From: Alkanindiges illinoisensis DSM 15370
Lineage (GTDB): Bacteria > Pseudomonadota > Gammaproteobacteria > Pseudomonadales > Moraxellaceae
Direction: 5' to 3'
Assembly: GCF_000619845.1 (NCBI RefSeq)
Contig: NZ_JHUX01000003.1
Coordinates: forward strand, 520,064-552,063
Length of the DNA stretch: 32,000 bases
Part shown: one piece after another, positions 8,369-17,208 of the stretch
How positions within the stretch are numbered: the first letter of the stretch is position 1
Layout: every line of letters begins with the position of its first letter
The notes under the pieces: generated by a model
Database searches by the model: none
Seen by the model: the letters and a program-made list of their open reading frames with translations, nothing else
What the model was told of the DNA's origin: nothing
Translations under genes and position numbers: made by a program

Positions 8369-10633
8369 TTAAAGCACCCGCTGCCATAATGTCACTTCCG
8401 ATAGCGTATGCTGATATTTACGCTTGGTTTCCCGAATGACAAATGGAACTTCCTGCGGCTCCTGAATCAGGTGAAAATGCTTGGCTAATAGCTCTTGTAA
8501 ACCAGCAAACGTGCTAAAAGTTTCGCCATCCTTTTTAAAGCCGCCAATCCAGTCCTTGCGTGGTGTATGTTCTGTAAGCCATGTATAGGGTGAGGCCAGC
8601 ATCAGCACGCCGCCCACGTTTAACCGTTCATGAATACTGGAAAGAAACTTTGCAGGATCATACAAGCGGTCAATCAAATTGGCAGCCAGAATAAAATCAT
8701 AACCTGTAAAGACAGGTTTGAGGTTACAGGCATCACCCTGAAAAAAGGCGACCTTATGTTTGGTGTCTTCAAGCTTTAAACCAGCCAGCGAATGGGATTT
8801 ATAAGACACTAGCTCACCTTCGTCAATCAAGGTATAACGCAAGGTTTCACCTTTAGCCAGTTGTACCGCCTGACCAATAAAGCGGGCTGAAAAATCAACA
8901 CCAGTCACTTGATCAAAATAGCGTGCCAGTTCGAAAGTAGCCCGGCCAGAAGCACAACCCAAGTCCAGTGCAGTATGTCTCGGCAGGCCATCAAGGTGAT
9001 GCTGGGCCAAAGTTGTGACGGCTAACTCCACCAGTGCCTTGCTAAAATTGGGTACACCAAAATATTCATCACCATAATGGAATTCAGCATATTCCGACAT
9101 GAGTTTGTCAGTTTCATAGTGTGAGGCTGGCACAGGATTAATATCTCCAGAGATAACATAGCGAAAACCGGCGTGCTGGAAAAAATGCCGCCGGAAGGCA
9201 TAACGCGCCGAATGCAGGCTTTCATTACCAGTCGATATCCATGAGCCGCCTTTCATCAGGTTATGGCGCTCATCAAAGGTTGGCGTACTAAAGTCATCAT
9301 AAATCGGATGGACTTCAAAGCCTTCAAATGGATAAATTGGTGTTTCTGTCCATTGCCAGATATTGCCGACCACATCATAAAACTCGCCTTGTGCAAACTG
9401 GTTCACCGGGCAGCTTGAGGCACCATGATCCAAATGGATATTGGCCTGAGCCGGTGCTGCACCAACATCACGAATGCCAGCTACATCATATAACCGATAC
9501 CATTCATCTTCAGTGGGCAGGCGCACAGCCTGGCCAGTTTGCTGCTTTTTCCAGTGACAAAAGGCCTTGGCTTCATGGTAGTTTACTTCCACGGGCCAGT
9601 CCCACGGCATGCAAACTTCTTCAGTCATCAGGCGCAAATGCCATCCATCCGGTGCTTTATGCCAAAACGTTGGATGCTCAGCTTGAGTGAATTTTAGCCA
9701 GCCTTGACCTTCGTCTGTCCAGTATTCGGCAGTTTGATAGCCTTTGGCCTCTACAAATTGCAGAAATTCCTGATTGCTCACCAAAAACTTTGAGGCTTCA
9801 AAGGAGGTAATTTCTGCTTCGTGCACGCCATATTCATTGTCCCAGCCATAAAAAGGGCTGGACTTATCTTTGGCTAATTGTACTTTGCCCGCAGCCACAC
9901 GAATTAATTGATTTTCTGGGGCAAGGCCGCTGCCATAATTGGGCTGCCAGTTGGGCGAAGGTTTGACCATTGAAAGGTCATGCTGGCGAATAAGTACGGA
10001 TGAGGTTTCCAGATGAATGCGCTCATGCTCAATCCCCATAATGATGGCCCACCACGGGTTGTTCCAGTCAATTGGCATGTGTAATGGCGCATGGTCAATT
10101 AAATCCAGTACCAGTGCGCGAACCTTGTCCCGATATGCCTTAACTTCATGCACGTTGGGCCAGTTATAGTTGGCCTCATTCAAGTCATCCCAGCTCATTT
10201 CATCCACACCTACCGCAAAAATGGATTCCATGCGCTGATCGACACGCTCATTGATTAGACGAGCAAGCAGTAACTTATTGATAAAAAATGTTGCGGTATG
10301 CCCATAATAAAAAATTAGGGGGTGGCGCAGGCTGATGGGCTTAATATAAAACGCATCATCACTGGCCAGACAGTCAAATAGCGATTCGTAAGTGTTGAAG
10401 GTATCCAGAAAATAATGTCGCAGGGTATGGCGCATGGTTGCTTCGTCACTATCGCGCAAATTAGGCGTGCGTGAAATCAGGGCAGGAGGCTTGGTTATAT
10501 TGTGCTCATCATTATGGAGTGTACCTATTACTGGCTCGGTCTTATTCACAAAAGTAGAGTTTTGATTAACATCTTTATTAGCACAGTCTTGACGTGAAAT
10601 TGCTTTTTTTTGAATGCAAGCTTCTGAAAACAT
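8369..10633 (-). CDS. ovoA: 5-histidylcysteine sulfoxide synthase / 4-mercaptohistidine N1-methyltransferase (ovothiol biosynthesis, OvoA-type three-domain enzyme)
   Basis: Three domains are visible. The DinB-like iron-binding domain has YYGHTATFFINK and GIEHERIHLETS. The FGE-sulfatase/EgtB-like domain has GNIWQWTETP and KGGSWIS. The C-terminal class I SAM methyltransferase has LDLGCASGRATFELA. The ORF opens at 10648, but ATG 10633 has a GAGGA SD 9 nt upstream. Confidence 0.85.
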   Translation of the reverse strand: MFSEACIQKKAISRQDCANKDVNQNSTFVNKTEPVIGTLHNDEHNITKPPALISRTPNLRDSDEATMRHTLRHYFLDTFNTYESLFDCLASDDAFYIKPISLRHPLIFYYGHTATFFINKLLLARLINERVDQRMESIFAVGVDEMSWDDLNEANYNWPNVHEVKAYRDKVRALVLDLIDHAPLHMPIDWNNPWWAIIMGIEHERIHLETSSVLIRQHDLSMVKPSPNWQPNYGSGLAPENQLIRVAAGKVQLAKDKSSPFYGWDNEYGVHEAEITSFEASKFLVSNQEFLQFVEAKGYQTAEYWTDEGQGWLKFTQAEHPTFWHKAPDGWHLRLMTEEVCMPWDWPVEVNYHEAKAFCHWKKQQTGQAVRLPTEDEWYRLYDVAGIRDVGAAPAQANIHLDHGASSCPVNQFAQGEFYDVVGNIWQWTETPIYPFEGFEVHPIYDDFSTPTFDERHNLMKGGSWISTGNESLHSARYAFRRHFFQHAGFRYVISGDINPVPASHYETDKLMSEYAEFHYGDEYFGVPNFSKALVELAVTTLAQHHLDGLPRHTALDLGCASGRATFELARYFDQVTGVDFSARFIGQAVQLAKGETLRYTLIDEGELVSYKSHSLAGLKLEDTKHKVAFFQGDACNLKPVFTGYDFILAANLIDRLYDPAKFLSSIHERLNVGGVLMLASPYTWLTEHTPRKDWIGGFKKDGETFSTFAGLQELLAKHFHLIQEPQEVPFVIRETKRKYQHTLSEVTLWQRVL

Positions 10634-10964
10634 TGCTAAATTCCTCATTGATTGGCTTACAGGTCACATGAAAAATGCAGAAAACTAATAGCTGTATTAG
10701 CCTGCACTTTTGGCTTAATGATTAAGACCTGTAATAAAACCCCGATTTAATACGAGCATTTAACTATTAATTTAGTGAGCCTCTAATTTGCTAAGACTGA
10801 TAGTTGTCTTTTGCTGGTTGCTTAAGCCAGAGTGCCATATTTTCTTATATTGTTAAGTAACGATATATAGTGTGCTGCTTAGTAAATTGGTATCTAGCAT
10901 TTTAAATATAATGAATTTATTGCAGCTTTTGTGATTTCGCCTACTTTGAAGTCATCAATAATGG

Positions 10965-10996
10965 CAATAAAAAAGAGCCGCCAAAGCGACTCTTTT
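10965..10996 (-). terminator. Rho-independent terminator after the monooxygenase gene
   Basis: Minus-strand hairpin AAAAGAGTCGC-tttg-GCGGCTCTTTT (one G.U pair), followed by TTATT. Confidence 0.7.
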
Positions 10997-11014
10997 CTAA
11001 GCAATTAACCTATT

Positions 11015-12550
11015 TTAGGCGACTTTCTTGGCTTTTACTTTCACAAAATTATAGGCACTTGGCTTGATCTTGCGGGTTTCCATCCAGTAGCGCCAGGTGT
11101 AACCCGGCCAAATGGTAAAGTTTTTGCCATCGGCTTGCTGATACCAGCTCACACAACCACCATTTTGCCACACGGTGCCTTTTAGTTTTTTCTGCACGTT
11201 GTCATTAAACTCGGCCTGAACGTCTGGTTTTACATCCAGATAATCGGCCTTTTTCTTCTCAACAGTTTTAATGGCGTCCAGAATATAGTTGGCCTGTGCT
11301 TCAATCATAAAGATAATCGAGTTATGGCCTAGTGCAGTGTTTGGCCCAACCAGCTGGAACAGGTTTGGATAGCCCGCAACGCTAATGCCATAATAGGCTT
11401 CGGCACCGTCCTTCCAGTCATTCATCAGCTCGCGGCTATTCAAGCCGGTGCATGGAAAATCCTTCATGTAAATGCGCGGGTCAACAATAAAGCCCGTACC
11501 CAGCACTACACAATCTGCCTCGCGATGCGTACCGTCTTTGGTGATAATGCCAGTTTCGGTAAATTCCTGAATGCTGTCTAGAATCAGGTCAACATTTTTG
11601 CGGGTAAAGGTTGGGTAGTATTTATTGGAAATCAGGATACGCTTACAGCCCATCACATAATTGGGAGTGAGTTTCTTGGCCAGTTGCTTGTCGCCTTTCA
11701 CCTGATAGCGAATAAACAGTTCAATGGCTTTTTGCGCAGTTTCCATAATTTTTGGATGGAAAATCGGCATCACACGCGATTCATTGCTCCAGTACAAGCG
11801 GGCACGGTGAATCTGGCGGGCAAATGGCACTTTTTCAAATAATGTCTTGTCAAAGTTGCCATATTTACGCTCATCACGCGGAATAACCCAGGCTGGTGTG
11901 CGCTGGTAAACATCCAGTTGTTGAACTTTCGGCGCGATTTCAGGAATGTACTGAATGGCACTACCGCCTGTGCCAATGGAAGCCACTTTTTTACCCGTCA
12001 GGTCGTAGCTGTGATCCCATTGCGCAGAGTGGAAAATTTTGCCCTTGAACTTTTCCATGCCTTTATAGTTTGGAATTTGCGGCACATGCAGTGGGCCGGA
12101 GGCCAGTACCACAAATTTGGTTGTCAGCACAGAACCATCTTTCAGGTTTAGTGTCCAGAGCGCGCTTTCTTCATCAAACTGCGCGCCGACTACTTCGGCA
12201 TTAAATTTCAGGTATTGACGCAGGCCAAATTTTTCAGTGGTTTCCTGAATATAGTCATAAATCTCAGGACGTTCGGCGTAGCGCTTGGACCAGTCAGTCT
12301 TTGGTGCAAACGAAAAAGAATACATGTGGGATTGCACATCGCAGGCAGCACCCGGGTAGCTGTTTTCACGCCATGTTCCGCCCACGTCATCGGCTTTTTC
12401 CAGCAGTAAAAAGTCTTTACGGCCTTCCTGTAGCATGCGGATTGCCATGCCCAGACCACCAAAACCAGCACCAATAATGACCATTTCCAACACGCGCGAG
12501 GCATCGGAAGACGATCCACCATTCATTTTTGGGTTTACTGAAGCATTCAT
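11015..12550 (-). CDS. Class B flavoprotein monooxygenase, Baeyer-Villiger type
   Basis: 511 aa. It has the FAD GxGxxG motif (VIIGAGFGGLG), the GGTW motif, the BVMO fingerprint FxGxxxHxxxW (FKGKIFHSAQW) and a second Rossmann motif for NADPH (ASIGTGGSAIQ). An AGGAG SD lies 6 nt before the ATG. Confidence 0.85.
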   Translation of the reverse strand: MNASVNPKMNGGSSSDASRVLEMVIIGAGFGGLGMAIRMLQEGRKDFLLLEKADDVGGTWRENSYPGAACDVQSHMYSFSFAPKTDWSKRYAERPEIYDYIQETTEKFGLRQYLKFNAEVVGAQFDEESALWTLNLKDGSVLTTKFVVLASGPLHVPQIPNYKGMEKFKGKIFHSAQWDHSYDLTGKKVASIGTGGSAIQYIPEIAPKVQQLDVYQRTPAWVIPRDERKYGNFDKTLFEKVPFARQIHRARLYWSNESRVMPIFHPKIMETAQKAIELFIRYQVKGDKQLAKKLTPNYVMGCKRILISNKYYPTFTRKNVDLILDSIQEFTETGIITKDGTHREADCVVLGTGFIVDPRIYMKDFPCTGLNSRELMNDWKDGAEAYYGISVAGYPNLFQLVGPNTALGHNSIIFMIEAQANYILDAIKTVEKKKADYLDVKPDVQAEFNDNVQKKLKGTVWQNGGCVSWYQQADGKNFTIWPGYTWRYWMETRKIKPSAYNFVKVKAKKVA

Positions 12551-12579
12551 GTCAGGCTCCTGGGCAACAGTAGGTAAGA

Positions 12580-12600
12580 CATTTTTTTCAAGAAAAAATG
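12580..12600. promoter_or_regulatory. A/T palindrome in the divergent monooxygenase/AraC promoter region (candidate operator)
   Basis: CATTTTTT-tcaag-AAAAAATG, with perfect 8-bp arms, 30 nt upstream of the monooxygenase start codon. The sequence is low complexity, so the significance is uncertain. Confidence 0.25.
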
Positions 12601-12801
12601 TAATCTGGGGGCAATACTAAATAAGTGCGCGATGATAAACCATGCTAAGGTTGACATGGAAATTGTTTTTTTCGGCAAAAGCACTTTTTTGTAAACTGTG
12701 CTACATATTCTGTTTAGTGAAATTTGTTTCTAGCAGTTTTAGTAAAAGCATGTATTCATCATGATCAGGTTGGTGATGCAAAATGATGGCAAGGGAGAAT
12801 T

Positions 12802-13833
12802 ATGGCCAAACGTTCAGTGCTGGGATTATTGTATTTATTGCAGGGTTTGCAGGCTGCTGGTGAAGACACTCAGGCCATTTTGCATCATCTGGCTTTAGAT
12901 ATGACCCAGCTTGATCCTTCAGCTGCCATTGACCTTGAACTGGAATATGCCATTCAAAAGCAGATTGTCGGGCAGATTCGCCATCCGGCCATTGGCTTGT
13001 ATATCGGCCAGCAATTTAATCTGGCAGGCTATGGACCGCTACTCATGCTGCTGATGACCAGCCCGGATTTGCAGGAAGCCATGCGACTGGGTGTTTATTA
13101 TCAAAAAATCACTTTTTTGTTTGGCAGGCTTGCCTTAAACCAGCAGCAGGATTTAACCATCCTGACCTATGATTCTCTGGAAGCTGATCCGGTGTTGCAT
13201 CGTTTCCGGGCCGATGCTGAAATTGCAGGCACCTTAAAGCTGCTAAAAGACATGCAGGCGGCATTGGGGGTTCATATTGCGCTGGAACGGATTGATTTGC
13301 CGTTTAGCGCACCACATGATGAGCATATCTTGCAGCAATACCAGCAGTTTTATGAAGTACCGTTGTATTTTGACCAGCCCTGTGGCGCGTTTTATTGTAA
13401 AACGGTGGCGTTAAATCACCGGATTATGGTGGCTGATGCGGCTACCCATCAGCGCTATCGGCAGCAGTGTGATGAGGTATTAAAGCAATATTTGCAGGAA
13501 GAGCAGCAGGGTGTATCGATTAAGGAGCAGGTACTGGATTACCTAAAAATGCAATTACATTTTTTGCCGCCAATTGCTGCGGTAGCTACTGCCTTGGGCT
13601 TGTCCGAGCGTACCTTGCGCTATCGGCTGGCGGAACAGGACACTAGTTTTCGCAAACTGCGCGACCAGTTACGTTTTGAGCAGGCCTGCCAGTTGCTATT
13701 ATCTACTACGGATTCCATTGAACAAATTGCCGAAAAACTGCATTACAACGAAGCCTCGGCGTTTGCCCACGCCTTTATGCGCTGGAGTGGCCAAAGCCCA
13801 AACCAGTACCGCAAGGCGCAGCAGGCTAGATAG
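12802..13833 (+). CDS. AraC/XylS-family transcriptional regulator (N-terminal AraC-type ligand-binding-like domain)
   Basis: 343 aa. The C-terminal double HTH includes LSERTLRYRLAEQDTSFRKL and IEQIAEKLHYNEASAFAHAFMRWSGQSPNQYR. It is divergent from the monooxygenase gene. A GGGAGA SD is present. Confidence 0.85.
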   Translation: MAKRSVLGLLYLLQGLQAAGEDTQAILHHLALDMTQLDPSAAIDLELEYAIQKQIVGQIRHPAIGLYIGQQFNLAGYGPLLMLLMTSPDLQEAMRLGVYYQKITFLFGRLALNQQQDLTILTYDSLEADPVLHRFRADAEIAGTLKLLKDMQAALGVHIALERIDLPFSAPHDEHILQQYQQFYEVPLYFDQPCGAFYCKTVALNHRIMVADAATHQRYRQQCDEVLKQYLQEEQQGVSIKEQVLDYLKMQLHFLPPIAAVATALGLSERTLRYRLAEQDTSFRKLRDQLRFEQACQLLLSTTDSIEQIAEKLHYNEASAFAHAFMRWSGQSPNQYRKAQQAR

Positions 13834-14031
13834 ACGATAATAGACAGCCTGTAAAAAGATCAATTTCTATTGGCTTTAATGATTAGATTTTAGTCTTAGC
13901 CTATTACAACTGGAAGGCAAACCCCTTAATATACAGCTCTGCATTGAGCAGGCCATGTCAGGCATGGTGATCACCGGCTCATGCTGTAGGCAGACATTTG
14001 TTCCATAAATTAAGGTTTGAGGGTTACGCCA

Positions 14032-14685
14032 ATGACTGATATTCAAATTGCTGCGCCAGCAGGTTCATTGCAGGCACGCGCACTTTGGCAGCAGTCTGAG
14101 CGTATTGTGCTCATTTGCCATCCCCATCCGCTATTTGGCGGCACGATGGACAATAAGGTCGTGACGACACTGGCCCGTTTTTTTAGAAACCAGAATGTGT
14201 CTGTCGTGACCTTTAATTTTCGTGGGGTGGGGAATAGTAGCGGCCAGCATGATAATGGCATCGGCGAGATTGATGATGCGCTGGCTGTTCTCAACTGGAT
14301 AATTCAGCAAAATCCGTTTCAAAACCAGTCTGATTCCCAACCTCGTCAATTGTATCTGGCCGGGTTTTCCTTTGGCGCATACATTGCCGCAGCCGTGGCT
14401 TCACGCTTTAACCAGCAGCAGATCAATGCAGAATTAACCGAATTTAAGCTGGTTAAAACCTTTCTGGTTGCGCCGCCAGTGCATCATTACCCGATGCATG
14501 ATCTCAGTCTTGCTACAGATACCGTGGTACTGATGGGTGATCAGGATGAAGTGGTGCCGCCAGCCGAGGTGATATCATGGGCAACCCAGCTTGATCTGCA
14601 ATTGGTCATGATGCCGGGTTGCAGCCATTTTTTTCATGGTCACTTGCCGGATTTGGGCCAGCAACTAGCACAGCATTTTCCCTGA
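14032..14685 (+). CDS. Alpha/beta-fold hydrolase (COG2945-like small esterase/hydrolase)
   Basis: Motif HPHPLFGGTMDNKVV, nucleophile elbow GFSFGA (GxSxG), and a C-terminal CSHFFHG with the likely catalytic His. The ORF opens at TTG 14017, but ATG 14032 has a GAGGG SD 8 nt upstream. Confidence 0.75.
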   Translation: MTDIQIAAPAGSLQARALWQQSERIVLICHPHPLFGGTMDNKVVTTLARFFRNQNVSVVTFNFRGVGNSSGQHDNGIGEIDDALAVLNWIIQQNPFQNQSDSQPRQLYLAGFSFGAYIAAAVASRFNQQQINAELTEFKLVKTFLVAPPVHHYPMHDLSLATDTVVLMGDQDEVVPPAEVISWATQLDLQLVMMPGCSHFFHGHLPDLGQQLAQHFP

Positions 14686-14789
14686 TTTTGTGACATCTGT
14701 TCTTAAGGCACCCTAATGTGATTTAAGACGTTTTTCAAATCCGCATTTTTTTAGATTTACTGAGTCAACGCAGTTTTAGAGCAGCCTAT

Positions 14790-15923
14790 ATGAGTATTGA
14801 AGCGCCAGAACATCCCAGAAATCCTTATGCGCCGGATGCGCGTTCTCCCGAGCAGCGCTATACCGATGCGCTGGCGTCTGGCCAGTTTATGCCGGATGAA
14901 GAGCAGGGTGCGGCCATCCATGCACTGGATGAGGTGTGGCAAAAACTGGTGCAACGCTATGAAGCGTCAAAAAAACCATTTGGCCGTCTGATGCAGCCAG
15001 CCGTTCCCAATGGGGTTTATATGTGGGGCGGTGTGGGCCGTGGTAAAACCTGGCTCATGGATCAGTTCTTTGATGCAATTCCGTTTCGCCGCAAGATGCG
15101 CATGCATTTCCATCATTTCATGCAGCGCGTACATAAGGAACTCAATAGCCTGACTGGCCAGCGTGATCCCATGGAAACTGTGGCAGACCGGATTTATGCC
15201 GATGCTGTGGTGATTTGCTTTGACGAGTTTTTTGTCACCAATGTCACCGATGCCATGATTTTAAGCGACCTGTTCCAGAAGCTGTTTGACCGCGGCATTA
15301 CCCTGGTTGCTACGTCCAATATTGCCCCTGATGGTTTATATAAAAATGGCATTCACCGTGACCGCTTTTTGCCCGCTATTGCCATGATTAAGACCCGCTG
15401 TAATGTATTAAATGTAGATGCCGGCATTGACTACCGCTTGCGGGTACTTAAACAGGCGCATTTGTATTTATCCCCCCTTACCCACGATGCAGAAATCTGG
15501 ATGGCCAAACGCTTTGCCGCTTTAACCTGTCAGCACGAATACTCAGATGAACCAATTACGGTGAACGATCGCCAGATTGAAACGCGTGGCCGTACCGAAG
15601 ACACATTATGGTGTGATTTTGCCGAGCTTTGCATGAAACCACGTAGTCCGGCAGATTATATTGAGTTGGCCAATACCTATAACACCATTTTGCTGGGTAA
15701 AGTGCCTGTGTTAAATGACAATATTGCCGATGCCACGAGACGGCTGATTTATCTGGTGGATGAATTTTATGATCGCCGGGTCAAGCTGATTGTGACCGCA
15801 CAGCAATCCATTCTGGAATTATATCAGGGTGAAAAACTGGCGTTTGAAATTGAGCGTACCCGGTCACGCCTGCTGGAAATGCAGTCTGATGAATATTTGC
15901 AGGCAGAGCACCGTCAGGTGTAA
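14790..15923 (+). CDS. zapE: AFG1-family ATPase / cell division factor ZapE
   Basis: 377 aa. Walker A GGVGRGKTWLMD and Walker B VICFDEFFV are present, and the overall layout matches YhcM/ZapE. Confidence 0.85.
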   Translation: MSIEAPEHPRNPYAPDARSPEQRYTDALASGQFMPDEEQGAAIHALDEVWQKLVQRYEASKKPFGRLMQPAVPNGVYMWGGVGRGKTWLMDQFFDAIPFRRKMRMHFHHFMQRVHKELNSLTGQRDPMETVADRIYADAVVICFDEFFVTNVTDAMILSDLFQKLFDRGITLVATSNIAPDGLYKNGIHRDRFLPAIAMIKTRCNVLNVDAGIDYRLRVLKQAHLYLSPLTHDAEIWMAKRFAALTCQHEYSDEPITVNDRQIETRGRTEDTLWCDFAELCMKPRSPADYIELANTYNTILLGKVPVLNDNIADATRRLIYLVDEFYDRRVKLIVTAQQSILELYQGEKLAFEIERTRSRLLEMQSDEYLQAEHRQV

Positions 15924-15952
15924 TTACTGGTTTTAAAAGCTGATGTATGATT

Positions 15953-15994
15953 AAGCCACTTTACTCGTTAACTTAGCAATGAAGCGGCTTTTTT
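15953..15994 (+). terminator. Possible terminator after zapE (weak)
   Basis: AAGCCaCTT ... AAGcGGCTT imperfect stem with a ~20-nt loop, followed by TTTTTG. Confidence 0.3.
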
Positions 15995-16041
15995 GATTTA
16001 GAAAGCATTATCCCAGAAAGCATTATTCCAAGAAATAACAG

Positions 16042-17133
16042 CTAAGCCTCCATCAAGGTTGGTGTATTGATGCTATATTTCTGGTAATCCCGATACCAGA
16101 CCTGATGGCTATATAAGCCTTTTAACAGTTCAGGTGGTAGCTGGTCCTGGTAAACCTTTAATTTAAGCGACCATAAACCCCACTGGTGCTGATCTAGTAT
16201 GATGAAATTATTGGCAATAAAACGCTCAGAGGATTGCAGGATATCAGCATCATCCTGTGACGCATGCTCCAGGGTAATGCCCAAGGTACGCTGTGCAAGG
16301 TTAGACACAATATATTGCTCTGGTGAGTAGCGCCACAAGCGGTCTGGCCACAGATCATTGGTGGGTTTTGGGCGGGTTTCAAACCAGCGCGAAGTTGCAG
16401 GCTCATCCATAAGTGGACAATCAAACAGTTTTTGCATATCAGCCGTTAAACCAAAATAAGCCCAGTCCGATACATGAAACGGACGCGGCTGGATTTTGGT
16501 ACTACGATTTTTGTGTGAAGCGCTTCTGGGTTGAGTGCTTTCATATTTCAGGCTATAAACCGGGAAGCCAATGATACGCTGTTCCAGCACATGCCATGGT
16601 GCATCCACATGATGAAACTGGTTAAAATAACTGCTAAACAGGGGGTGAAACAGCAATAGGTCACTACGAATTTTCAGCGTATATTTGGTTTTAACCTGAG
16701 CCAGCCCGGCTTGTGTCGAATAAATCAGACGGTTGCCATTGTTATACAGGTTTTCGGCCTTGGCTTTTGGTTTATAGAAATTTGTAGTTCCCGGATCATC
16801 AAGTTGCAGAGTAATATCAGCATCCAGATCTTCAACCGGCTGGCCTTTCCAGGTGGATAAAATCAGCGTGGCATAGGGCAAGTGCTGCCTGAGTGCTTTA
16901 AGTACCTGCCGAGTAATGCCTTCGGGTGCCAATGGTGTTATATGGGTAAAAATTGGCCCCTGAATCACTACACTAATTTCACGGCTGTCGATAGGCTGCA
17001 ATGTGCTGATATGCGGGGCTGTGGCATGATGGCTAGAAGCATTTCTCAACGCATTGTCCTGAATAATATACTGTACCATCTGAACTGGATTTAATTTAAA
17101 AAAATTCTTATGTTTGATCATATTGACAGTCAT
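16042..17133 (-). CDS. WavE-like lipopolysaccharide biosynthesis family protein (putative transferase)
   Basis: 363 aa. The pattern ISVVIQGPI ... LILSTWKG ... DDPG ... NNGNRLIYSTQAGL ... YTLKIRSDLL resembles my recollection of the WavE family (PF07507). This is an assignment from memory, not from a search. Confidence 0.55.
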   Translation of the reverse strand: MTVNMIKHKNFFKLNPVQMVQYIIQDNALRNASSHHATAPHISTLQPIDSREISVVIQGPIFTHITPLAPEGITRQVLKALRQHLPYATLILSTWKGQPVEDLDADITLQLDDPGTTNFYKPKAKAENLYNNGNRLIYSTQAGLAQVKTKYTLKIRSDLLLFHPLFSSYFNQFHHVDAPWHVLEQRIIGFPVYSLKYESTQPRSASHKNRSTKIQPRPFHVSDWAYFGLTADMQKLFDCPLMDEPATSRWFETRPKPTNDLWPDRLWRYSPEQYIVSNLAQRTLGITLEHASQDDADILQSSERFIANNFIILDQHQWGLWSLKLKVYQDQLPPELLKGLYSHQVWYRDYQKYSINTPTLMEA

Positions 17134-17160
17134 TTCTAAAATATTACCTAATCATTTTCA

Positions 17161-17184
17161 TAGACTTCTTTGGTGAGAAGTCTA
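17161..17184. other. Perfect 9-bp hairpin in the intergenic gap inside the operon
   Basis: TAGACTTCT-ttggtg-AGAAGTCTA. The T-rich tract (TTTGTCTT) follows it only on the plus strand, which is antisense to the operon. Confidence 0.5.
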
Positions 17185-17208
17185 TTTGTCTTCGGCATCT
17201 GGCTCAAA

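Noticed and set aside
9328-9690. 120-aa plus-strand ORF inside ovoA, together with small minus-strand frames at 9022..9225 and 9904..10098.
   Set aside because: It lies antisense or out of frame within a three-domain enzyme gene whose motifs run continuously through this region.
11015-12550. Calling the flavin monooxygenase AlmA, the long-chain alkane monooxygenase of Acinetobacter.
   Set aside because: The BVMO motifs are generic to the class. By eye, the region around GTWRENSYPGAACDVQSHMYSFSF looks closer to the CHMO/PAMO-type pattern than to the EthA/AlmA-like pattern as I recall them. I cannot decide this without an alignment or a tree, so I left it as a generic BVMO.
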